Positions 1-7,547 of a stretch of DNA of 32,000 nt are shown here, piece by piece. The notes under the pieces are model-generated. The model did not search any database. It was not told the origin of the DNA and worked only from the letters and a program-made list of their open reading frames with translations. This DNA is from Candidatus Nanosynbacter lyticus (lineage in GTDB: Bacteria; Patescibacteriota; Saccharimonadia; Saccharimonadales; Saccharimonadaceae). Positions within the stretch are counted from its first letter, which is position 1. Each line of letters starts with the position of its first letter. The translations under genes were made by a program, and so were the position numbers. The stretch covers positions 90,001 through 122,000 of the forward strand of contig NZ_CP124549.1 in assembly GCF_030253515.1 (NCBI RefSeq), written 5' to 3'.

Positions 1-213
1 GGTGGCTTGAAGACAGTAAAATCGGCCGCTACCTCGAGTGTTTCTACCACAAAAGCACCGGCGCGCAGTAAAAAGGTTGTGACTAACTCGGCGGCGGAAC
101 CGAAAATGACGCTACCAACTATGCCGCGCCGCCGTTTCCCGCGCCGCCAGGTGCCAGACACCGAGGCGAATGATACCAAGGCTCGAGAGGTCGGCCGAGT
201 GCGCGCGTACTAG
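1..213 (+). CDS. 3' end of an unidentified CDS entering from upstream (basic, Ser/Thr/Ala-rich C-terminal tail)
   Basis: Frame 1 is open from the window edge to TAG at 211-213. The only in-window start is a TTG at 7, so the gene probably begins upstream. No recognisable motif. Confidence 0.35.
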   Translation, partial: GGLKTVKSAATSSVSTTKAPARSKKVVTNSAAEPKMTLPTMPRRRFPRRQVPDTEANDTKAREVGRVRAY

Positions 214-220
214 CTCACGC

Positions 221-274
221 TTGCTATTTGTTGTAAAATATGCTACAATGTGAATGTCGGTAAAGTGATATAAT
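221..274 (+). promoter_or_regulatory. Candidate sigma70-type promoters for ftsK (TTGCTA-17-TACAAT, then extended -10 TGATATAAT)
   Basis: TTGCTA 221-226, 17-nt spacer, TACAAT 244-249. A second extended -10, TGATATAAT, lies at 266-274, 10 nt before the ftsK ATG (285). No SD in 275-284. Confidence 0.45.
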
Positions 275-284
275 AAAAGTAGTT

Positions 285-2507
285 ATGCCAAAAAAACGAA
301 AATCTACCCGCAAGAAATCAGTTTCCACAGCTCCAAAGCATGATGTGCCGAGCGGCTTTTGGGCGCAAGTCGGCGCGGTGCTTCTCGTTGTGTTGTCGCT
401 TCTTCTGATGGTGGCGTGGTTTGGTGTTGGTGGCCCGGTGCTGGAGTGGCTACATAAGGCGACTCTGAGCATGCTTGGTTACGCGATGTATGGGCTGCCG
501 ATTTTGCTGATATATATTGCTGTGGAGATTTTCCGGGCGGAGAATAATCGGTTGCCGCTGGCGATGAAATTAGCAGCCATCCTCGAGGTGGTGTGGTTGT
601 CTGGTTTGTTTGGATTATTAAAGACACCAACCCGCCCAAATGCTGGTGGATTTATCGGTGATACGGCCAATCGGGCGATGAGCGCCATGGTCGACCCGGG
701 CATCGCTGCTTTGATATATGTGGTCCTCATCATTATTACCGCGCTATTTATTACTCAGACGTCGCCGTTTATGGTGATCAAGAAAATCGCCGAGGCGCTC
801 AAGCGCGACCACTCCGAGGAGGATAACAATGCGGCGGTGATGAAGAAGGCGGCTCGTGAAGATGCGGCCAGCGCCAAATCATCGAGCGACATCAAGTTGA
901 ATGCCGGCGTCCCAACCGTCGATCCGGTTACGCCAAAGGATAAAAAGGCATCGCCGTTGAGCAGTCTGCGTGGTAGTGTAGCGCGGGATAAGGCAGCTGA
1001 GGAGCAGGCAGCACTGGTGGCGGCACACGACCCGAATTGGCAGGCACCGAGCCTTGATCTATTGGAGAAGAAGCAAAGTCCAGCTGATGCTGGTGATATT
1101 CGGCAGAATGCGCAGATTATTCATGATACCTTGGCAGAATTTAACATTGATGTGGAGATGGAAGACGCAAATATTGGACCAAAGGTGACGCAGTATACCT
1201 TGCGGCCGCCGAGTGGTGTGAAATTGACACGCATCACGGCACTGGAGACGAATATTGCTTTGAATCTGGCGGCACAGAGCTTGCGGATTGAAGCGCCAAT
1301 TCCTGGGCAAAAAGCCGTTGGTATTGAGGTGCCAAATCGCCGAGCGGCTGATGTGCGGCTGTATGGCGTGTTGGATTCTAAGCAGTGGAAGAATGCTCGC
1401 GAGCCGCTGAGCTTTGCAATTGGTAAGGACATCTCTGGTGAAGCAGTGGTCGGTGAGCTCAACAAAATGCCACATATGTTGATCGCTGGACAGACTGGTT
1501 CTGGTAAGTCGGTGATGATTAATACCCTACTGACCAGTTTGCTATATCGCAACAGCCCGAGCGATATGAAGTTGATTTTGGTTGACCCAAAGCAGGTGGA
1601 AATGGCGCCGTATGAAGACATTCCACATTTGCTGACCCCGGTGATTACTGAGCCAGAAAAGACTATTTCGGCCTTGAAATGGGCGGTCAATGAGATGGAG
1701 CGGCGCTATAAATTACTGGCGGCGGAGAAGATTCGTGATATTAAAGGGTATAATCAACGGCTAGCCACGCGAGCTAAAAAAATCCCGGTAGCGGACGCTG
1801 ATGGCAACATTCAACAGCACGAAGACGGGGCGATGCCGTACATCGTTATTGTAATTGATGAGCTAGCCGATTTGATGATGGTGGCAGCACGCGACGTCGA
1901 GGCACTGATTGTTCGCTTGGCGCAGAAAGCGCGGGCGGTGGGTATTCACTTGGTCCTGGCAACGCAGCGGCCAAGTGTTGACGTAATTACTGGCCTGATC
2001 AAGGCGAACGTACCGGCGCGTATCGGCTTTACCGTGGCGTCGCAGGTTGACTCGCGGACCATTCTTGACCAAATTGGTGCCGAGAAACTGCTTGGCCAGG
2101 GTGATATGCTGCTGTATACGCCGAGCATGAGTAAGCCAAAACGTATCCAGGGCGCGTGGGTGACCGATGACGAGGTCAATAAAATTACTGACCATTTGCG
2201 GATGCAGTCAGCACCGCAGTATAATGATGAGGTGGTGGCGCAGCCAGTACAACTAAATGGCAAGGGCGGCCTGGCAGTTGACTTTAGCGGCGGCGGTGAA
2301 GACGAAGCATTTATGGACGCGGTGCGAGTGGTGATTGAGGGTGGCAAGGCCTCTACCAGCTATTTGCAGCGGCGGCTACGGATTGGCTACGGCAAGGCAG
2401 CGCGACTGATTGAAGAGATGGAAGAGCGTGGCATCGTCGGCCCAGCGAACGGCTCAAAAGCTCGTGATGTTTTGGTCTCAAGTATAGACGAGCTGGGTAA
2501 TAGCTAG
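285..2507 (+). CDS. ftsK: DNA translocase FtsK/SpoIIIE
   Basis: 740 aa. N-terminal hydrophobic helices and a charged Ala-rich linker precede the motor domain. Motor motifs: Walker A GQTGSGKS, Walker B VIVIDELADLMM, ATQRPSVDVITGLIKANVPARIGF. C-terminal winged-helix gamma domain: YLQRRLRIGYGKAARLIEEMEERGIVGP. Confidence 0.95.
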   Translation: MPKKRKSTRKKSVSTAPKHDVPSGFWAQVGAVLLVVLSLLLMVAWFGVGGPVLEWLHKATLSMLGYAMYGLPILLIYIAVEIFRAENNRLPLAMKLAAILEVVWLSGLFGLLKTPTRPNAGGFIGDTANRAMSAMVDPGIAALIYVVLIIITALFITQTSPFMVIKKIAEALKRDHSEEDNNAAVMKKAAREDAASAKSSSDIKLNAGVPTVDPVTPKDKKASPLSSLRGSVARDKAAEEQAALVAAHDPNWQAPSLDLLEKKQSPADAGDIRQNAQIIHDTLAEFNIDVEMEDANIGPKVTQYTLRPPSGVKLTRITALETNIALNLAAQSLRIEAPIPGQKAVGIEVPNRRAADVRLYGVLDSKQWKNAREPLSFAIGKDISGEAVVGELNKMPHMLIAGQTGSGKSVMINTLLTSLLYRNSPSDMKLILVDPKQVEMAPYEDIPHLLTPVITEPEKTISALKWAVNEMERRYKLLAAEKIRDIKGYNQRLATRAKKIPVADADGNIQQHEDGAMPYIVIVIDELADLMMVAARDVEALIVRLAQKARAVGIHLVLATQRPSVDVITGLIKANVPARIGFTVASQVDSRTILDQIGAEKLLGQGDMLLYTPSMSKPKRIQGAWVTDDEVNKITDHLRMQSAPQYNDEVVAQPVQLNGKGGLAVDFSGGGEDEAFMDAVRVVIEGGKASTSYLQRRLRIGYGKAARLIEEMEERGIVGPANGSKARDVLVSSIDELGNS

Positions 2508-2508
2508 C

Positions 2509-2537
2509 TTGACATAATTATTTTTATAGGTTATAAT
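2509..2537 (+). promoter_or_regulatory. Consensus sigma70-type promoter (TTGACA-17-TATAAT)
   Basis: TTGACA 2509-2514, exact 17-nt spacer, TATAAT 2532-2537. Sits directly after the ftsK stop and about 110 nt upstream of the AAGGAGG at 2642-2648. Confidence 0.6.
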
Positions 2538-2869
2538 ACGCTAAGTGAGAAATTGATTTGTATGTGGAAGGATGGCTACGTGGCGCGCATAAGTTGTAGA
2601 AATAATGGAGAATTATCTCCTAATAGTAGAGCCGACAAGTTAAGGAGGCCTCTTGTGGTGGGGTTGCTGCGGTCACGTTAGCCGTATCAGGTATACTTGG
2701 GTATAGTCTTGGCCGGTCACACAATGTTCCGCCCGCACCATCAGTAGAAAATACCGATGGTGGAACATTCAAAGAGTCCAATGATAGTTCGAGAGCGGAA
2801 GAAATTACATTTACGCTACCAGACACCGAAGGCCGTCAAGAGGCAGAGGTCTTTTTAAAGAATCCTGAT

Positions 2870-3484
2870 ATGCTTCGACAGGCACGCGGTATTGCCGGAC
2901 GAGTGCTTACTGCTGCGGGGAAGTTGGTTGATAGTAAGGCCGCTCGACTTACTCGCCAAGATTATCATGATGATCACAATAGGCTTAAACAGCAGTCAAT
3001 AGCGATTACAGATGATAGGGGAAATGTGGTATCGGTTGATGTTACTCAAGGCGACAAAAGGCTTGGTGGAAGTGAGATCGCAGTAGAAGTTGCCACTGAT
3101 ATGATTGAGGTCGGCGCAAAGAGTAGACAGACGGACCGGATAACGTGGCGGTTGGATTTTTTGTCTCCAGAACCTGTGGCACATCAGCATATTGAATCTC
3201 CAGAAGCACTACTACCGGCTCTAGAAGGCGTGTTACCGACGAAAGTGGAATGGTCGCACAGACAGACTGCTGATGGTTGGTCGGAGACTAAGGAAATTAC
3301 AATCGTTTCACCAAAGTCTGTCTCGCCATCGAGACCAGATTATGAGAGCATAGCGGCGGTACCGGCTAAGGGAGAGATTAATGGTCGGGCCGTGGAGAGT
3401 GCTAAGGTATATGATGCGGCAAAAAGCCTATTCAATCGGCTCGCGACCGATGGTGATATATCCGATCTTTTGCCTTCTCAGTAA
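2870..3484 (+). CDS. Hypothetical protein. The first canonical start is 2870, but the frame is open from 2627 and probably encodes an N-terminal TM anchor (see finding).
   Basis: 204-aa ORF from ATG 2870 with no SD or -10 in front of it. The same frame is stop-free for 81 further upstream codons and encodes GGVAAVTLAVSGILGYSLG (TM-like). No family motif recognised. Confidence 0.55.
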   Translation: MLRQARGIAGRVLTAAGKLVDSKAARLTRQDYHDDHNRLKQQSIAITDDRGNVVSVDVTQGDKRLGGSEIAVEVATDMIEVGAKSRQTDRITWRLDFLSPEPVAHQHIESPEALLPALEGVLPTKVEWSHRQTADGWSETKEITIVSPKSVSPSRPDYESIAAVPAKGEINGRAVESAKVYDAAKSLFNRLATDGDISDLLPSQ

Positions 3485-3485
3485 A

Positions 3486-4295
3486 CTAACGTGCCGCCAG
3501 ATATTCACCAAGTAATGTTATTTTGTGCCCAGTTGAGGTGATTTTATTGATGGCACGCTGCAATGACGGGCCGGCAGCATCGACGGTCATAAAGAATTTG
3601 TAGTTCCACGGTTGGCCGACGATGGGCTGGGATTGGAGGCTGGTGAGGTTAATGGACTGATCGGCGAATGTGCGGAGTATTTCAAGGAGGCTGCCTGGCT
3701 GATGGGCGGTGGTCACTACGAGCGTTGCTCGATTGGCATCAGTCACTGTCGTTATCTGGTCGAGGACCAGGAAACGCGTGATGTTGTCCTGGGCATCTTG
3801 GATGTGGCGTTTAAGAATTGGCATATTGTATAGTTGGGCAGCGGCTTCGCTAGCGATGGCTGCCAGGTGTGGTGAACCCTGTTGCTTGATAAATTCGACA
3901 GCGCCAGCGGTATCAAAATATTCAATTTGTGTGGCTTGTGGCAGGCGTTCTTGGAGAAATTGATGGCATTGCGACAGAGCGACAGGATGTGAATAGACAG
4001 CGGTAATGTCTTCAAGTTTTGTGCCCAGATTGGTGATGAGTGTTTGTTGAATGGTAAGTGTTACTTCCCCGACGATGGGAGCACTGCAGGATTCAATGTG
4101 ACGGTAAGTTTCGTTGATGGTGCCGTAAATGGTATTTTCCACTGCCACGACAACGGCGTCGGCCTTACTGCGAGCATAGGTTTGAAAGACATCGCCAAAG
4201 GTCATGCACGGAACAATGGTGATGTCAGATCCATACCATTGTTTTGCCGCTTGTTCGTGAAATGACCCAGCTTGTCCTTGAATGGCGATACGCAT
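3486..4295 (-). CDS. pheA: Prephenate dehydratase (PDT catalytic domain plus C-terminal ACT domain)
   Basis: 269 aa. N-terminus MRIAIQGQAGSFHEQAA is typical of PDT. C-terminal ACT-like segment: ATLVVTTAHQPGSLLEILRTFADQSINLTSLQSQP...WNYKFFMTVD. Confidence 0.85.
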   Translation of the reverse strand: MRIAIQGQAGSFHEQAAKQWYGSDITIVPCMTFGDVFQTYARSKADAVVVAVENTIYGTINETYRHIESCSAPIVGEVTLTIQQTLITNLGTKLEDITAVYSHPVALSQCHQFLQERLPQATQIEYFDTAGAVEFIKQQGSPHLAAIASEAAAQLYNMPILKRHIQDAQDNITRFLVLDQITTVTDANRATLVVTTAHQPGSLLEILRTFADQSINLTSLQSQPIVGQPWNYKFFMTVDAAGPSLQRAINKITSTGHKITLLGEYLAAR

Positions 4296-4302
4296 GGACC
4301 CT

Positions 4303-4311
4303 ATTGTAGCA
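4303..4311 (-). promoter_or_regulatory. Extended -10 (TGCTACAAT on - strand) 7 nt upstream of the pheA ATG; implies a leaderless mRNA
   Basis: Reverse complement of 4303-4311 is TGCTACAAT. The ATG is the reverse complement of 4293-4295. No SD between them. Confidence 0.45.
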
Positions 4312-4332
4312 TGGTCTGGCGGGGTGCATCAC

Positions 4333-4361
4333 TGGACTTTTGCATTAGATTACCGTATAAT
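4333..4361 (+). promoter_or_regulatory. Promoter of the rpsF-ssb-rpsR operon (TGGACT-17-TATAAT)
   Basis: TGGACT 4333-4338, 17-nt spacer, TATAAT 4356-4361. Followed by a roughly 65-nt structured leader and AGGAGG before ATG 4432. Confidence 0.5.
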
Positions 4362-4431
4362 ACGGAGGAATAATAACCTAAGGTTATGTGCGATAACATA
4401 ACCATCCGTAATGGATTCCAAAGGAGGAAAC

Positions 4432-4791
4432 ATGAACGAATACGAACTGACTGTTCTTATTCACCCAGATTTGGAAGCAAATTTGGATACGGCCCTAGAC
4501 AAGGTCCGGTCGCTTGTCACTACCAATGGTGGCGAAATTACTAAAGAAGACAATTGGGGCAAGAAAAAGCTAGCCTATGCAATTCGTCGTGAAGACTTTG
4601 CGGTGTATGTTTACTTTGAGGTGAAGTTGCCAAGCAGTGCGCCGCTCAAGATATCAAATGTTCTGAATATCACCGACGAGGTGCTTCGTTATTTGTTGGT
4701 TAAGACCGACGAGAAGACACGTCGAGCGCTTGCTGAGCAGAAAGAGCGCGAAGCTAAGGTCGCTACCGAGGCGGCTGATAAAGAAGCCTAA
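4432..4791 (+). CDS. rpsF: 30S ribosomal protein S6
   Basis: MNEYELTVLIHPDL...NWGKKKLAYAIRREDFAVYVYFEV is typical S6. Start moved from the ORF-track 4411 to ATG 4432, which follows AAAGGAGG (4421-4428). Acidic/Lys-rich tail. Confidence 0.9.
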   Translation: MNEYELTVLIHPDLEANLDTALDKVRSLVTTNGGEITKEDNWGKKKLAYAIRREDFAVYVYFEVKLPSSAPLKISNVLNITDEVLRYLLVKTDEKTRRALAEQKEREAKVATEAADKEA

Positions 4792-4828
4792 TATTCGACG
4801 CGATACATAATAAAAAAGGAGGGTCATC

Positions 4829-5257
4829 ATGGCACGAAGTATCAACCAAGTTATTTTACTAGGGCGGTTAACGCGCGATCCAGAGCAGCGGACAACGCCA
4901 TCAGGTCGGACAGTTGTTAGCTTTAGTATCGCGGTTGATCGTGCCGGACAGGATGATCAAGCTGATTTTTTCGACGTTACCGCGTGGGAAAAATTGGGCG
5001 AACTGGTGATGCAGTACCTGTCAAAAGGCCGCCGCGTGTTGGTCCAGGGTCGGTTGCGACAGGACAGCTGGGATGATAAAGAAACCGGCAAGCGCCGCTC
5101 GCGTATTGAAGTGACGGCGACCGACGTAACATTCCTTGACGCTCCGAGCGGCGATAGCGCGAATACAACCGCACCACGTAATACTAATACCAAGCAGGCT
5201 GAGACCGTAGCGGATATTGACGATAAGCCGATCGATCTTAGCGAGATACCGTTCTAA
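4829..5257 (+). CDS. ssb: Single-stranded DNA-binding protein
   Basis: OB-fold N-terminus ([32 protein letters not shown]...[13 protein letters not shown]), disordered linker and C-terminal acidic tip DLSEIPF. SD AAGGAGGG lies upstream. Classic rpsF-ssb-rpsR synteny. Confidence 0.92.
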   Translation: MARSINQVILLGRLTRDPEQRTTPSGRTVVSFSIAVDRAGQDDQADFFDVTAWEKLGELVMQYLSKGRRVLVQGRLRQDSWDDKETGKRRSRIEVTATDVTFLDAPSGDSANTTAPRNTNTKQAETVADIDDKPIDLSEIPF

Positions 5258-5268
5258 AGGAGAACAAA

Positions 5269-5472
5269 ATGGCAAAACGATTAAAGAAGGACACCCCAAC
5301 GGTTTTTGACTATAAGGATGTTAAAACATTAATGCGCTATGTTAATGCGTATGGTCAAATTGAGCCGATAGCGAAGACGGGTCTCAGTGTCAAGCAGCAG
5401 CGTAGCTTGGCAGTGGCAATCAAGCGTGCTCGGCACTTAGCATTGTTGCCGTTTGTATCGCAAGGGCAATAA
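5269..5472 (+). CDS. rpsR: 30S ribosomal protein S18
   Basis: 67 aa. [50 protein letters not shown] matches the S18 pattern. SD AAAGGAG lies upstream. Confidence 0.92.
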   Translation: MAKRLKKDTPTVFDYKDVKTLMRYVNAYGQIEPIAKTGLSVKQQRSLAVAIKRARHLALLPFVSQGQ

Positions 5473-5534
5473 AAGTATACGTTGAGGGAACTCTCTAGCC
5501 CCCGAACGTATTTATAGATAAGAAAGAGAGTCGA

Positions 5535-5574
5535 GTGGTCTGTGCAGGGTAAGGCACGGGCCACTGTTGTTTGT
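5535..5574 (+). terminator. Candidate intrinsic terminator after rpsR
   Basis: 11-bp stem 5535-5545 / 5554-5564 (GUGGUCUGUGC / GCACGGGCCAC, two G-U pairs), 8-nt loop, then a U-rich UGUUGUUUGU tail. Confidence 0.45.
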
Positions 5575-5753
5575 GGACTGCTGTACAGCGTATTTTTATT
5601 TTTTGATACAAGATAGTATTATGTGATGCTACTAAGCCCACTGTGGGATGTTTGGGTAAAAAATATGTTCAGTCAGCGAGAAATACTCTGCCGTCCGAAA
5701 GAATGTTAGAATTAGGTACGGTAGCTTAATGGTTATAGGAAAGGAAAAACAAT

Positions 5754-6314
5754 ATGTATCAGCCGACAGATCTTAAAAAGGGTACGGTTTGTCAGATTGA
5801 CGGTAAGCCATACCGCGTCATTGAATATGGACAGAAGGTTATGGGGCGTGGAGGTTCTATTGTGAACGTTAAATTGAAAAACTTACTGGATGGAAGTGTC
5901 ATCCCGAAGACCTTTAAGGGTCAAGACAAAATTGAGCCAGCTGAAGTGGCTAGCAAGACTGTTCAATATTTATATCATGACGGAGATATCTTCTGCTTCA
6001 TGGATCCAGAAAGTTTTGAACAATTTGAATTGTCTAATGATGTGGTAGATGAGGCGAAAGATTATTTGAAAGAGGGTTGTGAGCTGAATCTCCAGGTGTT
6101 TGACGGGCGAGTGATTAATGTTGAATTACCAAAAAATCTCTATCTCGAAGTTACATATACCGAAGATGTCGTGAAGGGCGATACAACCTCAAGCGTACTT
6201 AAGGATGCAACGCTTGAGACGGGCCTCGTTATTAAGGTACCAGCATTCATTAAACAGGGCGATATTGTCAGTGTTGACACAGCGACGGGTGAATATCGAG
6301 AGCGCAAAAAATAA
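5754..6314 (+). CDS. efp: Elongation factor P
   Basis: 186 aa. DLKKGTVCQIDGKPYRVIEYGQKVMGRGGSIVNVKLKNLLDGSV and the three-domain length are typical EF-P. SD AGGAAAGGA lies upstream. Confidence 0.93.
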   Translation: MYQPTDLKKGTVCQIDGKPYRVIEYGQKVMGRGGSIVNVKLKNLLDGSVIPKTFKGQDKIEPAEVASKTVQYLYHDGDIFCFMDPESFEQFELSNDVVDEAKDYLKEGCELNLQVFDGRVINVELPKNLYLEVTYTEDVVKGDTTSSVLKDATLETGLVIKVPAFIKQGDIVSVDTATGEYRERKK

Positions 6315-6335
6315 CAAAAGGACCTTCTTGTCGGA

Positions 6336-6368
6336 AGCGTCGCCCAGAGTGTTCGGGCGACGCTTTTC
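6336..6368 (+). terminator. Rho-independent terminator of efp
   Basis: Perfect 10-bp GC-rich stem AGCGUCGCCC (6336-6345) / GGGCGACGCU (6355-6364), 9-nt loop, then UUU. Confidence 0.7.
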
Positions 6369-6720
6369 GTTGTTGTAACTACATCAAATAACGATAAAGA
6401 ATGGAACAAGATTTTAGATATTGATGCTAAAAATACAACGTAATAATATATATAGCTGGTAGAGTGTTTTTAGTGATACATATGATAATTGTTTTCATGA
6501 AAATTATGGGCCTATTCGCGATAATGGTGAGAGCCTTCTTGACTAGTACAGAGGTAAATATAACTATTGATGTATAAAGTACACTGATGTGTAGTATACA
6601 ACGTTGTATTTTAGTTAACGTAGAATTAACGATAGCGAAGATCGGCCTATAGGTAAGAGTAAGAATAATTATTGATGTATTTATAACAGCAGTTCTACTA
6701 TCACAATAGGTCACTAGTGA

Positions 6721-6749
6721 TTGAGAAAAATATGTATTCAGGCTACAAT
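6721..6749 (+). promoter_or_regulatory. Promoter TTGAGA-17-TACAAT, 10 nt upstream of the tlyA ATG (leaderless-type)
   Basis: TTGAGA 6721-6726, 17-nt spacer, TACAAT 6744-6749, ATG at 6760. No SD in between. Confidence 0.5.
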
Positions 6750-6759
6750 GAGAAGTGAC

Positions 6760-7530
6760 ATGAAGCAGCGATTAGATAAAATGATACTAGAACGCGGGTT
6801 GGTTGAATCGCGTTCAGAAGCAGAGAATTGGATAGGCTTAGGGCAAGTCATGGTCAATGGTAGGGTGGCGACGCGTCCCGGATGTTTCGTTAATGATACA
6901 GCAGACATTACATTGCTGACTCGTGAGCGGTACGTTTCGCGTGCAGGCCTCAAACTAGCGAGTGTGGCGGATAGTTTTCGGTTGGACTTTCAGGGGAAAA
7001 CAGTGCTGGACATAGGGTCGAGTACTGGTGGATTTACTGATTTTGCGCTGCGTCATGGCGCCCGACGCGTGTATGCTGTTGATGTGGGCACGAATCAGTT
7101 GCATCATCGACTGCGTGACGATCGGCGTATAATATTACACGAAAAGACAGACATTCGTGACTTTGAGCTTGATTGTCCACCAGACATTATCGTGGGAGAC
7201 GTGTCATTTATTAGTCTGCGCGACATTCTACCACACGTTGCAAAACGGCTGATGGGCAGTGCGACGGTGCTTGTAGCAATGGTAAAACCGCAGTTTGAGG
7301 CAGGGCGTCATTTGGTACAAAAGGGTGTTGTAAAAAATGCCGCTATACGACGAAAGATCCTGACCGATTTTGAGCAATGGGCAAAACAGTATTTTGTAGT
7401 TCTTGATAAAAAGGATAGCACCGTCGCTGGCAGTAAGGGTAACGTTGAGCGCTTCTATAAGCTACAGCTAAAAATAAACAGAGGTAATAACTGTAGTAAA
7501 AATAGCATCGTTGTATTTAGGGCAACGTAG
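6760..7530 (+). CDS. tlyA: TlyA-family 16S/23S rRNA (cytidine-2'-O)-methyltransferase (S4 domain plus FtsJ-like MTase)
   Basis: MKQRLDKMILERGLVESRSEAENWIGLGQVMVNG (S4-like), YVSRAGLKLASV, and the SAM-binding motif VLDIGSSTGGFTDFALRHGARRVYAVDVG. Start placed at ATG 6760, not the ORF-track TTG 6721, which coincides with the -35. Confidence 0.8.
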   Translation: MKQRLDKMILERGLVESRSEAENWIGLGQVMVNGRVATRPGCFVNDTADITLLTRERYVSRAGLKLASVADSFRLDFQGKTVLDIGSSTGGFTDFALRHGARRVYAVDVGTNQLHHRLRDDRRIILHEKTDIRDFELDCPPDIIVGDVSFISLRDILPHVAKRLMGSATVLVAMVKPQFEAGRHLVQKGVVKNAAIRRKILTDFEQWAKQYFVVLDKKDSTVAGSKGNVERFYKLQLKINRGNNCSKNSIVVFRAT

Positions 7531-7547
7531 TATACTATACAATAAGG

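Noticed and set aside
1059-2347. Several 110-189-aa ORFs on the - strand inside ftsK. Similar antisense or alternative-frame ORFs occur at 7535-8059, 12131-12805, 16088-16642, 19670-20065, 20317-20697, 25310-25768 and 28379-28855.
   Set aside because: Each lies entirely within a longer ORF that has clear family motifs. Their translations are low-complexity or Arg/Ser/Cys-rich with no motifs, and none has an SD or promoter. They are typical shadow ORFs.
2605-2643. 12-codon mini-ORF (MENYLLIVEPTS) whose stop overlaps the AAGGAGG at 2642-2648, considered as a leader peptide.
   Set aside because: It has no SD of its own and no regulatory codon run. The hairpin GGAGA-AUUA-UCUCC (2607-2620) within it has no following U-tract. 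The evidence is insufficient.
6427-6714. 95-aa - strand ORF in the AT-rich gap (MTYCDSRTAVINTSIIILT...).
   Set aside because: The Ile/Thr/Asn-rich composition is what AT-rich non-coding DNA yields by chance. It has no SD, no promoter-ATG arrangement and no charged N-terminus. Kept only as context for the AT-rich island finding.
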